Source: Prorocentrum cordatum
Taxonomy: Eukaryota
NCBI GenBank assembly: GCA_963575745.1
Contig: CAUYUJ010000131.1
Location: 1-64,000, forward strand
DNA: 64,000 nucleotides
Direction: 5' to 3'
Shown here: one piece after another, positions 36,357 through 48,699 of the stretch
Layout of the letters: each line of letters opens with the position of its first letter
Position numbering within the stretch: position 1 is the first letter of the stretch
Notes under the pieces: generated by a model
The model's input: only the letters and a program-made list of their open reading frames with translations
What the model was told of the DNA's origin: nothing
Database searches by the model: none
Position numbers and translations under genes: made by a program

Positions 36357-37176
36357 GATCATCATCATCATCATCATCAATCATCATCAATCATCATCTC
36401 ATCATCATCATCATCAGCATCATCATCATCATCATCATCATCATCGTCCTCCTCCTCTTCCTCCTCCGCCTCCTCCGCCTCCTCCCCCTTCCCCTCCTCC
36501 TTCTCCTCCTCCTCCTCCTCCTCCTTCTCCTCCTCCTCCTCCTCCTCCTCCTGCATATCCTCCTCCATTTCTCCTCCTCCTCCTCCTCTCCTCCTCCTCT
36601 CCTCCTCCTGCTCCTCCTCCTCCTGCATGTCCTCCTACATGTCCTCCTCCTCCTCCTTCTCCTCCTCCTCCTCCTCCTCCTCTCCGCCTCCTCCGCCTCC
36701 TCCTCCTCCTCCTCCTCCTCCTCCTCCTCTCCTCATCTTCCTCCTCCAACTCCTCCTCCTCCTCCTCCACCTCCTCCTCCTCCCCTCCCCCCTCCTCCTC
36801 CTCCTCCTCTCCTCCTCCTCCTCCTCCTCCTCCTCCTCCTCCTCCTCCTCCTCAGTCCTCCTCCGCTTCCTCATCCTCCTCCTCCTCCTCCTCCTCCTCC
36901 TCCTCCTCCTCCTCCTCCTCCTCCTCCTCCTCCTCCTCCTCCTTCTCCTCCTCCTCCTTCTCCTCCTTTTCCTCCTCCTCCTCCTCCTCCTCTTCTTATT
37001 CTTCTTACTATTATCTAGTTCTTCTCATTGTGTTGATTAATCATATTCTTATTATTATGAATAATCATGTTATTATTGTGTGTCTTCTTCTTTGTATTAA
37101 TATTAGTTGTCGCCTCATGAGCAGCAATCGTATTATTAGTATTATGATTCGTAATCATCCTCATCATCATCAGCAG

Positions 37177-37238
<62 letters not shown>

Positions 37239-37239
37239 G

Positions 37240-37293
<54 letters not shown>

Positions 37294-37359
37294 CACCATC
37301 ATCAGCCGCAGCATCACCATCGTCGGCGCTATCGGCATCATCATCATCATCAGCAGCAG

Positions 37360-37441
<82 letters not shown>

Positions 37442-37865
37442 TCCATCAGCATCAGCAGCATCATCACTGTCATCATCATCAGCAGCATCATCATCATCAG
37501 CATCATCATCATCAGCATCATCATCAGCATCATCATCATCTCACCATCATCATCATCCTCATCAGCATCAGCATCATCAGCATCATCATAATCAGCATGA
37601 TCATCATCATCATTAGCAGCATCATCTTCAGCAGCAGCTACAACAGCATCATCATCATCAGCAGCATCATCAGCATCAGCATCAGCATCATCAGCACTAT
37701 TATTATCATCATCATCATCATCATCATCATCAGCAGCAGCATCATCATCATCACCATCACCATCTATCATCATCGTCATCACCAACATAATCCCCCTCCT
37801 CCTCCTCCTCCGCCTCCTCCTCCTTCTCCTCCTCCTCCATCTCCTCGTCCTCCTCCATCTCCTTC
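35580..37865. repeat. Compound (CTC)n/(GAG)n/(CAT)n microsatellite block
   Basis: Directly visible; source of the poly-P/L/H/S ORFs. Confidence 0.95.
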
Positions 37866-38739
37866 TCCCATCGTCCAGGCCTCCCTCACGCACACGAGCT
37901 AAAGGGGCGGAAGGACGACAGCCTGACGACAAAGATGCCGCCGACATCACAGCAGGCGATGCGGTGCTCAGGGCTCGTCGGGCGTTCAATGCACTATACG
38001 AAAGCTCGGCTTGGCCGACGACTCCACGCTCCTCATCCAGGCCACGAAGGACCTGCAGGCGGCCGAGGCAGAGGAGCAGTCCCATGGCACACCAGACGAC
38101 ATGTTGCGACGTAGCCTCGACCGCCTCGACCACAAGTGCGAGGAGGTGGACGAGCTCACTGCCGGTGTCGCCGACATGGAGTCCAAGCTCACCGCAGGGC
38201 GAACACTGCTGGAGACGGCCACAGCCGAGCTCACCGCCATCCAGCATGAGGTTCACCCGGCACGAGCTGCGGTCATGGCGCCAACAGGATCCGGCACGGT
38301 GGGCCCCCCACGTCTACTATCCGACGCAGCTCAGCGGGAGCCTTGCTGGCGGGCGACCAGAAGGCCATGCTCGACTCCCTGGAGCAGCAGGCCAAAGAGC
38401 TCTCGGGCTTGGTGGCGACCGTGGGAGGACCTGCGGGCAGCGGAGCGGGCGCGCGGGCGCCGCGACAGCGGCGGCTACTACTCCGACGCCGGCCCCTTCG
38501 ACGCCGTACGACTTCGCCTCACTCCCCGCAGGAGCGGCTCACGATCCGACCACTCGACCACACCCATGGGACACGGTGCTCTCACGCGGTACGATGGATA
38601 CTATGGGAAGCTGGTTGGGCCTTCAAATACCACAGATACTGGGTGCCGTGTTGGGTGGGAGGTTTCAGTCACTACGGCCCCCGCACAACGCATGCCACCG
38701 AGAGCTGCTCGGCGCGCTCCCAGGAGGGCGTTTCGCAAA

Positions 38740-39420
38740 GAATTTACCATCTCCACCTGCAACGCTCATGGATGGGCACGCCGCAAGGACTACCTGGAGG
38801 ATGGTGCTGGTGGCTCTTTACTCGCGGCATCTCAGGAGGTGCGCCTCGCAGGGGATGCTAAGCTACAAGCCGAAGAATGGTGTCATCGCCACGGGTGAAG
38901 GCATTCATTACTGATTGCGTTTTGGGCCCAACTGGTAAGCCGATGTCTGGTGCAGGCTTGTTCATACGACATCACATTGGTACGACCTACCTCGACTCCA
39001 TGGCAGGTATTCGCGACCACGTGATCGTGCCGAGCTGGTGCGTGGGTGTTTTTGTCCACACAGGCCCTCGCGGCAGTTTTGTGGCCTGCTTAGAGCAAGG
39101 CCTAGCGCTGCGAGGGGACAATGCTTCTCGACTGGAGAGGCTTGGCACGATGCTACGTTTCTACCACGCCCCATACATCGTCGCGGCGGACTGGAACATC
39201 AGCCCGACTAAGCTGAGCGAGTCCAATTTTGTCGGGAAGATTGACGGCCATCTGGTCGCGGCTTCCCAGGGCTCGCACAGAGTGGCAAAGACGGGTGAAC
39301 ATACTTTCCTAGATTACTGGGTTGCCAGCAGCAGCCTGGCGGCGGAGATGACACACGCTCGCCGAGTTGCGGATTACCCTGCCCGCCCACACTCCCCGAT
39401 GGATGTGGATGTCGGGTCCC
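38740..39420 (+). pseudogene. APE/EEP endonuclease of LINE-B
   Basis: FTISTCNAHG, ASQEVRL, SGAGLFIR, YIVAADWNISP, FLDYWVAS, RPHSPM; in-frame TGA at 38896-38898. Confidence 0.85.
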
Positions 39421-40339
39421 GACCCAGAGCACGACGGGTCGTCAGGCTAAAGGCCCCGTGCCCATACGCGCCCAAGCCAGCATACCCACCACTGTTGGAA
39501 AGTGACGACGACCCTCCTGCGAATGCGGTTGAGCGGGGGCATCCTGGTTGTTCTTGGATTGGACTCATGGAGGCCGATGCACATCTCGGACCTGGGACGG
39601 ATGACACGAGACAAGATCGCCTTGATAACATGTGTCAAGCAGTAAACCGTGGGGTAAAGAAGGAGCTGCTCCCGCTCTTCACGACCGACGATTCCTCCAG
39701 GCATGCTGGGCGCGGAAGTGGGCACAAATACCATCACAGCACCGCTGGCAGAGCTTTATCGCAGCGTAAGCCCGCTGGCACTACATACTCTCGTGTTCTA
39801 CGGACACTACAGCATCGAGTTGAGGACCTTGCTCACACGGTGTGCAAGCACGGGTCGATTTCCGAAGCCAAACATCATTCAGTGTGGCAACCGCTACGAG
39901 ACCTTATTGCTGGGAAAGGACGGCTTGCGCGTTTGGCGCAAGTGATGCCAGCAATACTCCTGGACGAGCTGGTACACTACCTCATTGCTATCTTCTCTCA
40001 ACCCACTTGGATGCATGTTCCGATGCTTCAAGCGGTTGCAGCGAGCCTTGCGACGCTAGCGGGTCAGGAGGAGCAACGCGTGGCACGTGCTCGCGGCAAA
40101 GGTTCTTCGCAGTGGCTACGAGACAGCTTGAGCAATCGTCCGAAGCCAGCTCATAGCTGGACGAAACCGGATGGTGGCAGCTCAGTCAGGTGGACACCTC
40201 CTTGGGCCCCTCCAGCTACGACGACGACGTGGCCAATGCACAACGAGATTTTTGGGAAGGCATCTGGGACGGGGGGGCACCCCGACCTCGCTGGAGCCCC
40301 TGCGAAAGGAACTCAACCGTCTGCGGGACATTGGGCCTC

Positions 40340-41330
40340 GCATGCCGCCGATCGGGACCTCCAGGCTCCGCAAGGCCGCCAAGTCCTTCCCCATCAGGAC
40401 CGCTGTAGGAGCGGACTCTTGGAGACCTCGTCATTGGGCCCTTGTGTCGGATCAGGCTTTGGCTGTCTTGGGATATCTACTCTACATGTGTGAACAGTGG
40501 GGAGCATGGCCGAGGTACATGCAGCAGGTACACATAGTCCTACTACAGAAGCCTGCAGGTGGCTACCGACCGGTCGCCTTACTGGTTTCGCTATGTCGCC
40601 TGTGGGCCAAGGCGCGATTGGATTTTGTGAGAGACTGGGCGAATCAGCTCGGTCGCGACTACTTGGCGCCGGGCGCCAACCGTGCGACGACAGACGTTGC
40701 AGCACGGGTCTTGCTTCATGGAGAGACCCGCTCAGAAAAAGATGTGATGTGACGACCTTGTGTGTGCATGCCATTGTTGACCTTGAAAAGCACATCGATC
40801 GCGTGGGATGGGCTATCGTAGCACGTGCGGGGCTCCAACACGGGCCCCCTGGGCCCCTACTGGTCCTCGCTTTACAAATGTATACCGCCTCTCGTGGACT
40901 TTCGCGGTCAGGAGTTTACTCAGAAGGTGTTTGGGCATCTCGGGGAGTCTTGCCTGGATGTAGCTTTGCGATGTACATACTACAGCTGGTCATGCTCACC
41001 CCCCTCGACGATCTGGTGACATCCTCGGTCCCTATGGTATGGCTTTACATGCGTATGCTGACGATCTTACGATACAGATCGTGGCCAGTCGGGAAAGGAT
41101 ACTGAAACATGCCTGTCAGATTTTGCAAGGGGTCGCCGATGCATTAAAGTCTTTAAAACTGGATCCTGCCAAGAGGAAGATGACAGTCACAGCAACTGAC
41201 ATGCCGATTGCAAAGCGGGTGTGACGCGTATTGTTTGATCTGGGATGTCGTGCCCTCGATTATTTGGAGGTCCTGGGCGTGGAGGTATCATCAGGGACGC
41301 GCTCAAGTTCTCACGCCTGCGTAGTCGACT
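40340..41330 (+). pseudogene. Reverse transcriptase of LINE-B
   Basis: AVGADSWRP, LLQKPAGGYRPVALL..CRLWAKAR, VDLEKHIDRV, RGVLPGCSFA, HAYADDLTI (~41050). Confidence 0.92.
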
Positions 41331-42344
41331 ACGCAAGATGCAGAGGCGCCAAAAACAACTCCGACGTATCAAGAGGGCAGGACAGTTCACCTGCCGACTT
41401 GCTAAGGCTGCGATCCAATCTGCTCTCGCGCATGGCGCGGGCGTACACGGAGCACCGCAACAACTGGCACGGGCTATGCGCGCGGCCCTCAGGGGCTCGG
41501 GGCATGAACCTGGGAAGGAGGGATCCGCTTGGCTATCGTCTTTCGTGGGGGGTCGCAGGACCCACAAATCACGGCTTGGGTCGACCCTATATACCAGTGG
41601 GGCCTTCTATGTTGGGACTCGGGGCTTCACGGTACTCTACAACAGGCGTGGAAGCGCACGGCGCCAGCGGTGCTTCAATCTGCTCATCCTTGGGGGCGCG
41701 GTGGAGGACCTGCAGGGGCCACAGTCCTTGCTATGAAAGAGCTCGGATGGGTTGTGTCTTCGGCCTTCCATGTTCAGACTGACCTTGGGGACGTCTTGGC
41801 CCTAAGGACTTTCTCTCCTCGTGCGCTCAAGGACCTTGCTCGCGAAGCCGCAGCGCGGAGGTCGCGGGTCGACTGGGCCAGCAGGCCCAACCGAGGTTTT
41901 GAGCACCTGGGCCCCAAGACTCCAACAGGCTACTGGCCGGCCCCCGTACTGGCCGTCCTCCAACGGGCCCGCGGAGATGAGGACCCCGAGCGCCCTCTCA
42001 AGTTCTGTCTCTCCAGCAGGCGGGCACACTTCCCGCATTGGTCATGGGTGGAGTATGGCCGCCTGTCCGTCGCCGTTCCCTCGGCTATGTTGACAGTCCC
42101 ACATGTACTTTATGCACCCGCAATATAGCTGCTTATTTCCATATTCCTTGGGTATGCGATGCGACGGGGAGACGGGAGGAATTCGCTCTACAACGACGCA
42201 GACATCGAGGTTTTGCCTCATCCTACCACCACTGCTTGGTTTTGGAACCGCGGCCTCTACTGCAAGGCTCTGCTGCCCAGAGCGCCACCACGTGACGACT
42301 CGAAGGAGTGGCATTCTATATACGGGGATTGTTCGGCTGTGTCA

Positions 42345-42790
42345 GGAGTTGTCTTTACGGGCGGGGCGTGCCACAGGTATCACTACTGGAAGGAGGCCAC
42401 CCGTGCGGGGCGGAGTCTCGCCCAAGTCACAGAATCGACCGTCGAGCTGTGCGTCTTTGGGGCTCTGCCTGGCCCAACACAGACCTGCCCGCGAGCCGAG
42501 ATGCATGCGGCTGCCCAGCTCCTCAAGGCGGCTCTGCTTCAATTGTGTCAGTGTACACCGACCTCACCGAGCTGCCGCGAGGCCTTGCCAGAGGCAGACG
42601 TTGGTGCTGCTGGCCACGCCGACCGGACGCAGATCTGTTGACCGAGATTGGGACCAGAATCGAGGATCTTGGAGGACTGAGCCCAGACTTGAGGATTCTT
42701 TTCACGCCAGGCCACCAGACAGGTCGATCTTTGGAGGCCCGAGGGAATCGATGGGCCGATTTTGCTGCCACCCAAGGCAGGGACCTCCAC
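42345..42790 (+). pseudogene. RNase H of LINE-B (C-terminal to RT)
   Basis: VFTGGA (FTDGS-like), GPTQTCPRAEMHA, VYTDL, DADL, PGHQ...GNRWADFAA. Confidence 0.85.
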
Positions 42791-43967
42791 GCTGTTCCGC
42801 AGGCCCAAGTGAAGGCAATGAAAGCTCGTTTCAGCGCTGTCAAGAAAACACTTGCCTGGATGGCCAAAGCACACACTTTATATATGGAACGGACCGCCCC
42901 CCCTGGCCAGAAACATTTTGACGAACCTCGTCGCCGTCGGTTGTCGCAGGCGGAGGGGAGTGCTGGTCGAGTTCAAAACTACTTGCATAACATGTATGCT
43001 GGGCGTGGCGGCTGGAGTTGTTGCACTTACGGACGCAACACTCGTTGCACTTACGGACGCAACACTCGCTCCGAGGCCCAACGCAAGATGCTGGTGCGCC
43101 GAGTATGTCCTGCTAAGCTCGCTGCTCACGATAGATTGGGCGGGGGGGAGGACCCGCGGGAAGGACTTGTGGACAGGATCCGAGCGCGCTCGAGGTTTCC
43201 TGAGGGGTACCCAGAGCCGCTTCGGAGCCGAGCGCGGAGACAGTCCCCTCCGCGCATGCGTCATGCTCGCCTCGCCTCTGATGTTTGTCCGCTCGAAGGC
43301 GAGAGGAGGGTGCGTTTCCAAAGCGACGTCGACGCTGCCGCCTCTGCTGCTGCCGATCGAATTCGCCCTCGCTCCTCCGACGAGCCTAAGCCACCGTGCA
43401 AGGCCCGCCGCCTGGCCCCCCGTGGGGGCTCGACTGCGCCGAGTGCGCGCCCTTTGGCCGAGCTGCCCGAGCAAGGTGACCTTCCTCCTTGTGCGGCCAG
43501 CGGGCACGAACTCTTCGTGGCCCCAGGCAAGGTTGCCCTGTGTCTGTTGTGTGGAGGGAGTTCTACGGGGAGAGCGTCCTCACTTTTGGACCCGTGCCCC
43601 CCACCCCCAGTTTCCAAGCGAGGTCACTCCCACATCCACAGGTTTAATACTAACAGGCATCCTGCCGATCTGCACCGATTTGAGAGTATCTCGGGGCAGA
43701 GACGTTTGCAAGTTGCCGACCCAGAGGTCGCCTGGCTTCGCCTAGACGCCTAATGCCTATTGATTAAGTCGCGAATGAATCACAAGTCTGAGCTCTTCAC
43801 TTTCATTTAGTTGTTGCTCAGCTGCGCTGTGGCGCCTCTCCGCCGCGATCCCCCTTGGGTGGGCATCGAGTGGTGCCGCGAGCAGCGCTTGGCCCGCTGC
43901 CAAGGCAGTGGGCCCCTTTGAAAGTGGCCTGTTGTGCTATACGCGACGGTTCCCTTCTATGCTGCGT

Positions 43968-44195
43968 ACTCCTCCTTCACCTCCTCCTCCTCCTCCTCCT
44001 CATCCTCCTCCTCCTCCTCCTCCTCCTCCTCCGCCTCCTCCGCCTCCTCCTCACCATCCTCCTCCTCCTCCTCCTCCTCCGCCTCCTCCTCCTCCTCCTC
44101 CGCCTCCTCCTCACCCTCCTCCTCCTCCTCCTCCTCCTCCTCCTCCTCCTCCTCCTCCTCCTCCTCCTCCTCCTCCTCCTCCTCCTCCTCCTCCT

Positions 44196-44226
<31 letters not shown>

Positions 44227-44237
44227 TCCTCCTCCTC

Positions 44238-44268
<31 letters not shown>

Positions 44269-44292
44269 CTCCTCATCATCATCATCATCATC

Positions 44293-44358
<66 letters not shown>

Positions 44359-44389
44359 GCAGCATCATCATCATCATCATCACCATCAC

Positions 44390-44488
<99 letters not shown>

Positions 44489-44662
44489 CTCATCCTCTCC
44501 TTCATCCTCCTCCTCCTCCTCCTCCTCCCTCCTCCTCATTCCGCCTCCTTCCTCTCCTCCCTTCTCTCTCCTCCTTCCTTCCTCCTCCTCCTCCTTTTCC
44601 TCCTCCTCTTCCTGTTTCCTCCTCCTCCTCCTCCTCCTGTTTCCTTCTCCTCCTCCTCCTCC
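43968..44662. repeat. (CTC)n/(CAT)n microsatellite
   Basis: Directly visible. Confidence 0.95.
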
Positions 44663-45949
44663 AGAAGACGAAGCCAGGACGAGGATAAGTTCGGGTGAGG
44701 ATAGATCGAGAATCTCTGAGATCCGTCGGCTCCAGAGAAGGTCTCGGGCGCCGCGGCCTTCCCAGAGCGCTCGGGAACGCTCTGAGAGCGTCCCCGAACG
44801 CTCTGGAACGGATTTCTCCTCGTCCTCGCCCCGCCAGATTCCATACATCCCGCCCTCCTCCCCCTTCATCTCAGCCTCCCCTTCCCGCCCACCGGGAGAC
44901 TCTCGGTCTCCAGAGGTCCCTGGAGGGTTCCGGAGGTCCCAGAAATCAGAAAAATCAAGAATGCCCCGAAGCGTCGGTCCTCAATCCCCCCATCAGCCAT
45001 ACGTGAACCCCTGCCCCCCTGATCCCCTGATGAAATCCGACGCCGAGAAAAAACCGCGACCGTGGCCCGCGGCCCCACCCGTGTGCGGAATGTCTCGTGC
45101 TGAATCGTTCCGTGAGGGTGCACAACAACCGTCGTGTCTTGAAACGACGCCACGAGAAAATCTGGAAGCTCAATAAAAGCCAAAAGCGTCCAAGATCGTT
45201 CGCCCTCGACGCTCGAAACTCGAACGCTGGTGTCGCACGACGCCAAGACGTCAGGGCTCAAAAAGAAAGAAGTGCGACGCAGACGCCGGCCTTGCTGACT
45301 CCCGGAGGCCCGGGGACTGCAACGGCGTTTCCACACACGCCCCAGTAGAAGCCGTCGTTCCTTTGCATCCCTCGAGCTGGGAGCGGCCCACCTGGAGGAG
45401 GCGGCGGCGGCGGCGGAGCGGGCGGTAACGGGCCGAAGCGATCAAAATCCGACAGAAGATTGTAGCACACAGCCCTGAACGTGGAGGGGAAGGAGAGTGG
45501 AATCAGACTCTCGACGACACGCAGGAGTGACCCTGGGCAAGAGTGACCTTTGGTGCGCGGCTTTCGCGGGGCTGCGGGGAGGCCAAATCCAGGCGCGCCA
45601 GCCAGTGCTGGGGGGACCCCTGTCGGCCTGCACCGAAGGTCACTCCGGCGAGGTCGGGGATGCTTTCGGATCTGTCCAGCGGCTCACTGGAGCGATCAAA
45701 AGCTTTCGCTAGTCTTCGGATGCATCTGGTGATTCTTCAGAAGTCTTCGGCAGCACTTCGGAAGTGTCGGCGGGGATCTGGAGAGATACATTCAATTGTT
45801 ACACATATGCAAAACCGCTCCGACGGTAGGACAACACATGACAATACGTTCGGCTTGTCTGGATATACCCTGCTGCCTCTTATTCCTACCCCCTCCTGCA
45901 TCCTCCTTCTCCACTTGCCTGCTCTTCCTGTCCCATCCTCCTACATCCT

Positions 45950-46145
45950 CCTTTTCCTGCCTCCTCCTCATCCTTCTTCTGCCTCCTCCTTGGGCATCCT
46001 GGTTCCTCCTCCTCCTCCTTTTCCTGCTCGCTGCCTCCTCCTCCCTCCTCCTCCTCCTCCTCCTCCTCCTCCTCCTCCTCCTCTTCCTCCTCCTCCTTCC
46101 TCCTCCTCCTCCTCCTCCTCCTCCTCCTCCTCCTCCTCCTCCTCC

Positions 46146-46180
<35 letters not shown>

Positions 46181-46620
46181 CTCCTCCTCCTCCTCCTTTT
46201 ACTCCTACCCTTTCTGCCTCCTCCTCCTCCCCCTGCACCCTCCTGCCCCATCATTGGACATCCTAGAACCCCCTGGACAATTCTCGGGCCTCCTGGAGGC
46301 TTCTGCAAGAATCCACGGGCACTCCTCCTCCTCCTCCTCCTCGTCCTCCTCCTTTTTTCCCTCCTCCTCCTCCTCCACGTCCTCCTCCTCCTCCACCTCC
46401 ATATCATCCTCTTCCTCCTTATCCCAATCCCTATTCCTTCATTCCTTCCTCCTTCTCCACTCATCATTAATCCTTCCTCCTTCGTCCTTCCTCCCCCTTC
46501 CTTTCCCTCCTCCTCGTCATCGTGTTGCCTCATCTCTGGGTCGCTTCATCATCCTCCTCCACCTCCTCCTCATCCTTTTCCTGCTCCTCCTCCCCCTCCT
46601 CTTCCTACTCCTCCGCTTCC
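45950..46620. repeat. (CTC)n-rich low-complexity block
   Basis: Directly visible. Confidence 0.92.
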
Positions 46621-46679
46621 CGAAGCAGACCGAAGTTGGGCATGGGCTGTTTGGGCTTTCCCGAAACGAGCAAGGAGCC

Positions 46680-47230
46680 ACTGGTAAAGAATCGTTGGTA
46701 GGGAGTCTTTTTTTGTCAGGGATCCGTGTGAAAAAAGTCTTGTGTAGTAAATCTACAACCAGGCCATCAAACTGGAGATAAAAATCGAAACGAACATATC
46801 CTCTGTGAAGAAGCATGAGTAAGTAATCGTTAATAACGGCTCCTCCGTCGGAAGTCCTTCGGGGAGGATCCTTAGTATGAGCTTCTTACGCAGGGATCCT
46901 GAGTCAGAGGCCGTTGTTTTCCCGCATGATCCCGTAATTCGGAACCATTCGTAAGGATTCGTTGGGAAGGACTCCCTGATTCCTGCGTAAGGAACGCTAA
47001 GCAGGGACGTCTCGATAAGAAAGCTGTACTAGGTCATCCTTCTTCAGGAGCCACTAGCAAAAAAAACATTACGATGGGCTCCTTATTAAGGAGTCCATTG
47101 TGTAAAGACCCCTGACTAAAGGGTCCGTCGTAATAAATCCGCAACTGGGATCCGTAGTAAGGACTCTATGCTAAGGAATGCTGAATAGAACATGTTTGGT
47201 GAAGATTCCGTATTAGAAGAACATTAATTC
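46680..47230. repeat. Highly degenerate satellite of quasi-palindromic TAAGGAATCCTTA-like units (block 1)
   Basis: Recurrent GGATCCTTAG, GTAAGGATTC, TAAGGAGTCC, TAAGGACTC, TAAGGAATGC. Confidence 0.65.
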
Positions 47231-47389
47231 TCCTTTCTAAAAAAATAATAGATTCTACCCCCCCCCCCCCGGACTTATCGGCTCCCCCGCGCGTGCTGTA
47301 AATCACATACGATTCTGACCACATGTCCATCCTAATTATGAATTCATACCATCCCAGCCAAGCCGGTATCCCCCCCCCTGCGGTTCCCT

Positions 47390-47577
47390 GTCAAATAACA
47401 CTATGCGGGGACATTTTTCTCTCTAACATAACACTTTTTCGCGAACCCCTTTCAAATAGTACCATGCGGGACACATTCGCGCGCGCAAGACGAAATCCTT
47501 CCAAAACCTTAGTGTTCGTAACGAGTTTCACATAAAAAACATCAAAAACCCAATGGTTTTTCAAAAAAACAAAAAAA

Positions 47578-47633
<56 letters not shown>

Positions 47634-48100
47634 ACCCCGCGCGCTCTTGCGGATTCCTAGGAAACCCACTACTTTTTCAACATGTCTGTCAAAAGGGCTC
47701 TTGCGAGCAACTTTTTCCTGTGCTTCGAACTTCTTCAACAACGGCTGCGCGCCTGCCAGGGGCATCATCCTTGTCAAATAATGCCATGCGGGACACATTC
47801 GTTTTTTCTTCGCGCGCGCGCCGAAATCTTCAAAAACCTTTGGGTTTCTTGAGCTTTTCATCACTGCGTATCATAAAAACACACGAATCGCACCGTAGGT
47901 CCTCGAAAAAAACCTCCACGCATTTTCAAAATTTTGCCCGCTCGCGCTGTCCGAACCTTAAAAAACCTATGTCTGTTTCAACATTTCGGTCGCACGAGCT
48001 CCTGCGAGCTACTTTCGCGCGCTCCTTCAACGACGTTCGCGCGCCTGCCAGGGCCACTGTCCGTGTCAAATAATACCATGCGGGACACATGCGCGCGCGC

Positions 48101-48199
<99 letters not shown>

Positions 48200-48200
48200 T

Positions 48201-48238
<38 letters not shown>

Positions 48239-48450
48239 TTTTTCTCCTCCCTCGTCGTCGTCTCCGTTGGCGACGTCGTCGTCGTCTTCGTCGTCGTCGT
48301 CGGCGTCGTTGTCGTCGTCGTCGTCGGTGTCGTCGTCGTCGTTGTCGTCGTCGAAAACATTGGAGACGTCGTCGGTGTCGTCGCAGTCGGTGTCGGCGGC
48401 GCCGTCGTCGTCGATGTCGCTGTCGTCGTCGGCGTCGGTGTCGTGGCCAA
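47390..48450 (+). repeat. ~300-bp degenerate tandem repeat with internal poly(A) and terminal (GTC)n
   Basis: CAAATARTRCCATGCGGGACACAT recurs at ~47452, ~47775 and ~48067, with a partial copy at ~47392. Confidence 0.75.
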
Positions 48451-48699
48451 GTGCCATGTGGTACCTACCGTCACGGTCTTGTCTGAAGAGGTTTTGCGAC
48501 CAAGTTGCGGGTGGGAGGGTGGGATGTTTGCACGAGCAGCGGAGAGGACAGCTTCAAGACGGTCAAGATTAGTAAGGAATCCTTAGTAGAGAGTCCTACG
48601 GGGGGAATATTTCGCGAGGACTCTATCATAAAGAATGCCCAACACGGAATCATTGATAACACTTATCATGCTTCTTTTTTGGGGGGACATACAAGAATT

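Larger units (their letters stand above)
37870..43970 (+). mobile_element. LINE-B: decayed non-LTR retrotransposon (short coiled-coil region, APE, RT, RNase H, C-terminal Cys/His motif)
   Basis: Collinear pol motifs across frameshifted ORFs, bounded on both sides by (CTC)n. Confidence 0.9.

Noticed and set aside
35366..37902. Long ORFs of 290-550 aa (poly-P/H/L/S)
   Set aside because: Stop-free by-products of CTC/CAT microsatellites; the same applies to 9986-11650, 31846-32929, 43855-45176 and 55062-55783.
43020..43068. 24-bp tandem duplication GTTGCACTTACGGACGCAACACTC x2
   Set aside because: Simple slippage within dead LINE-B; no sign of function.
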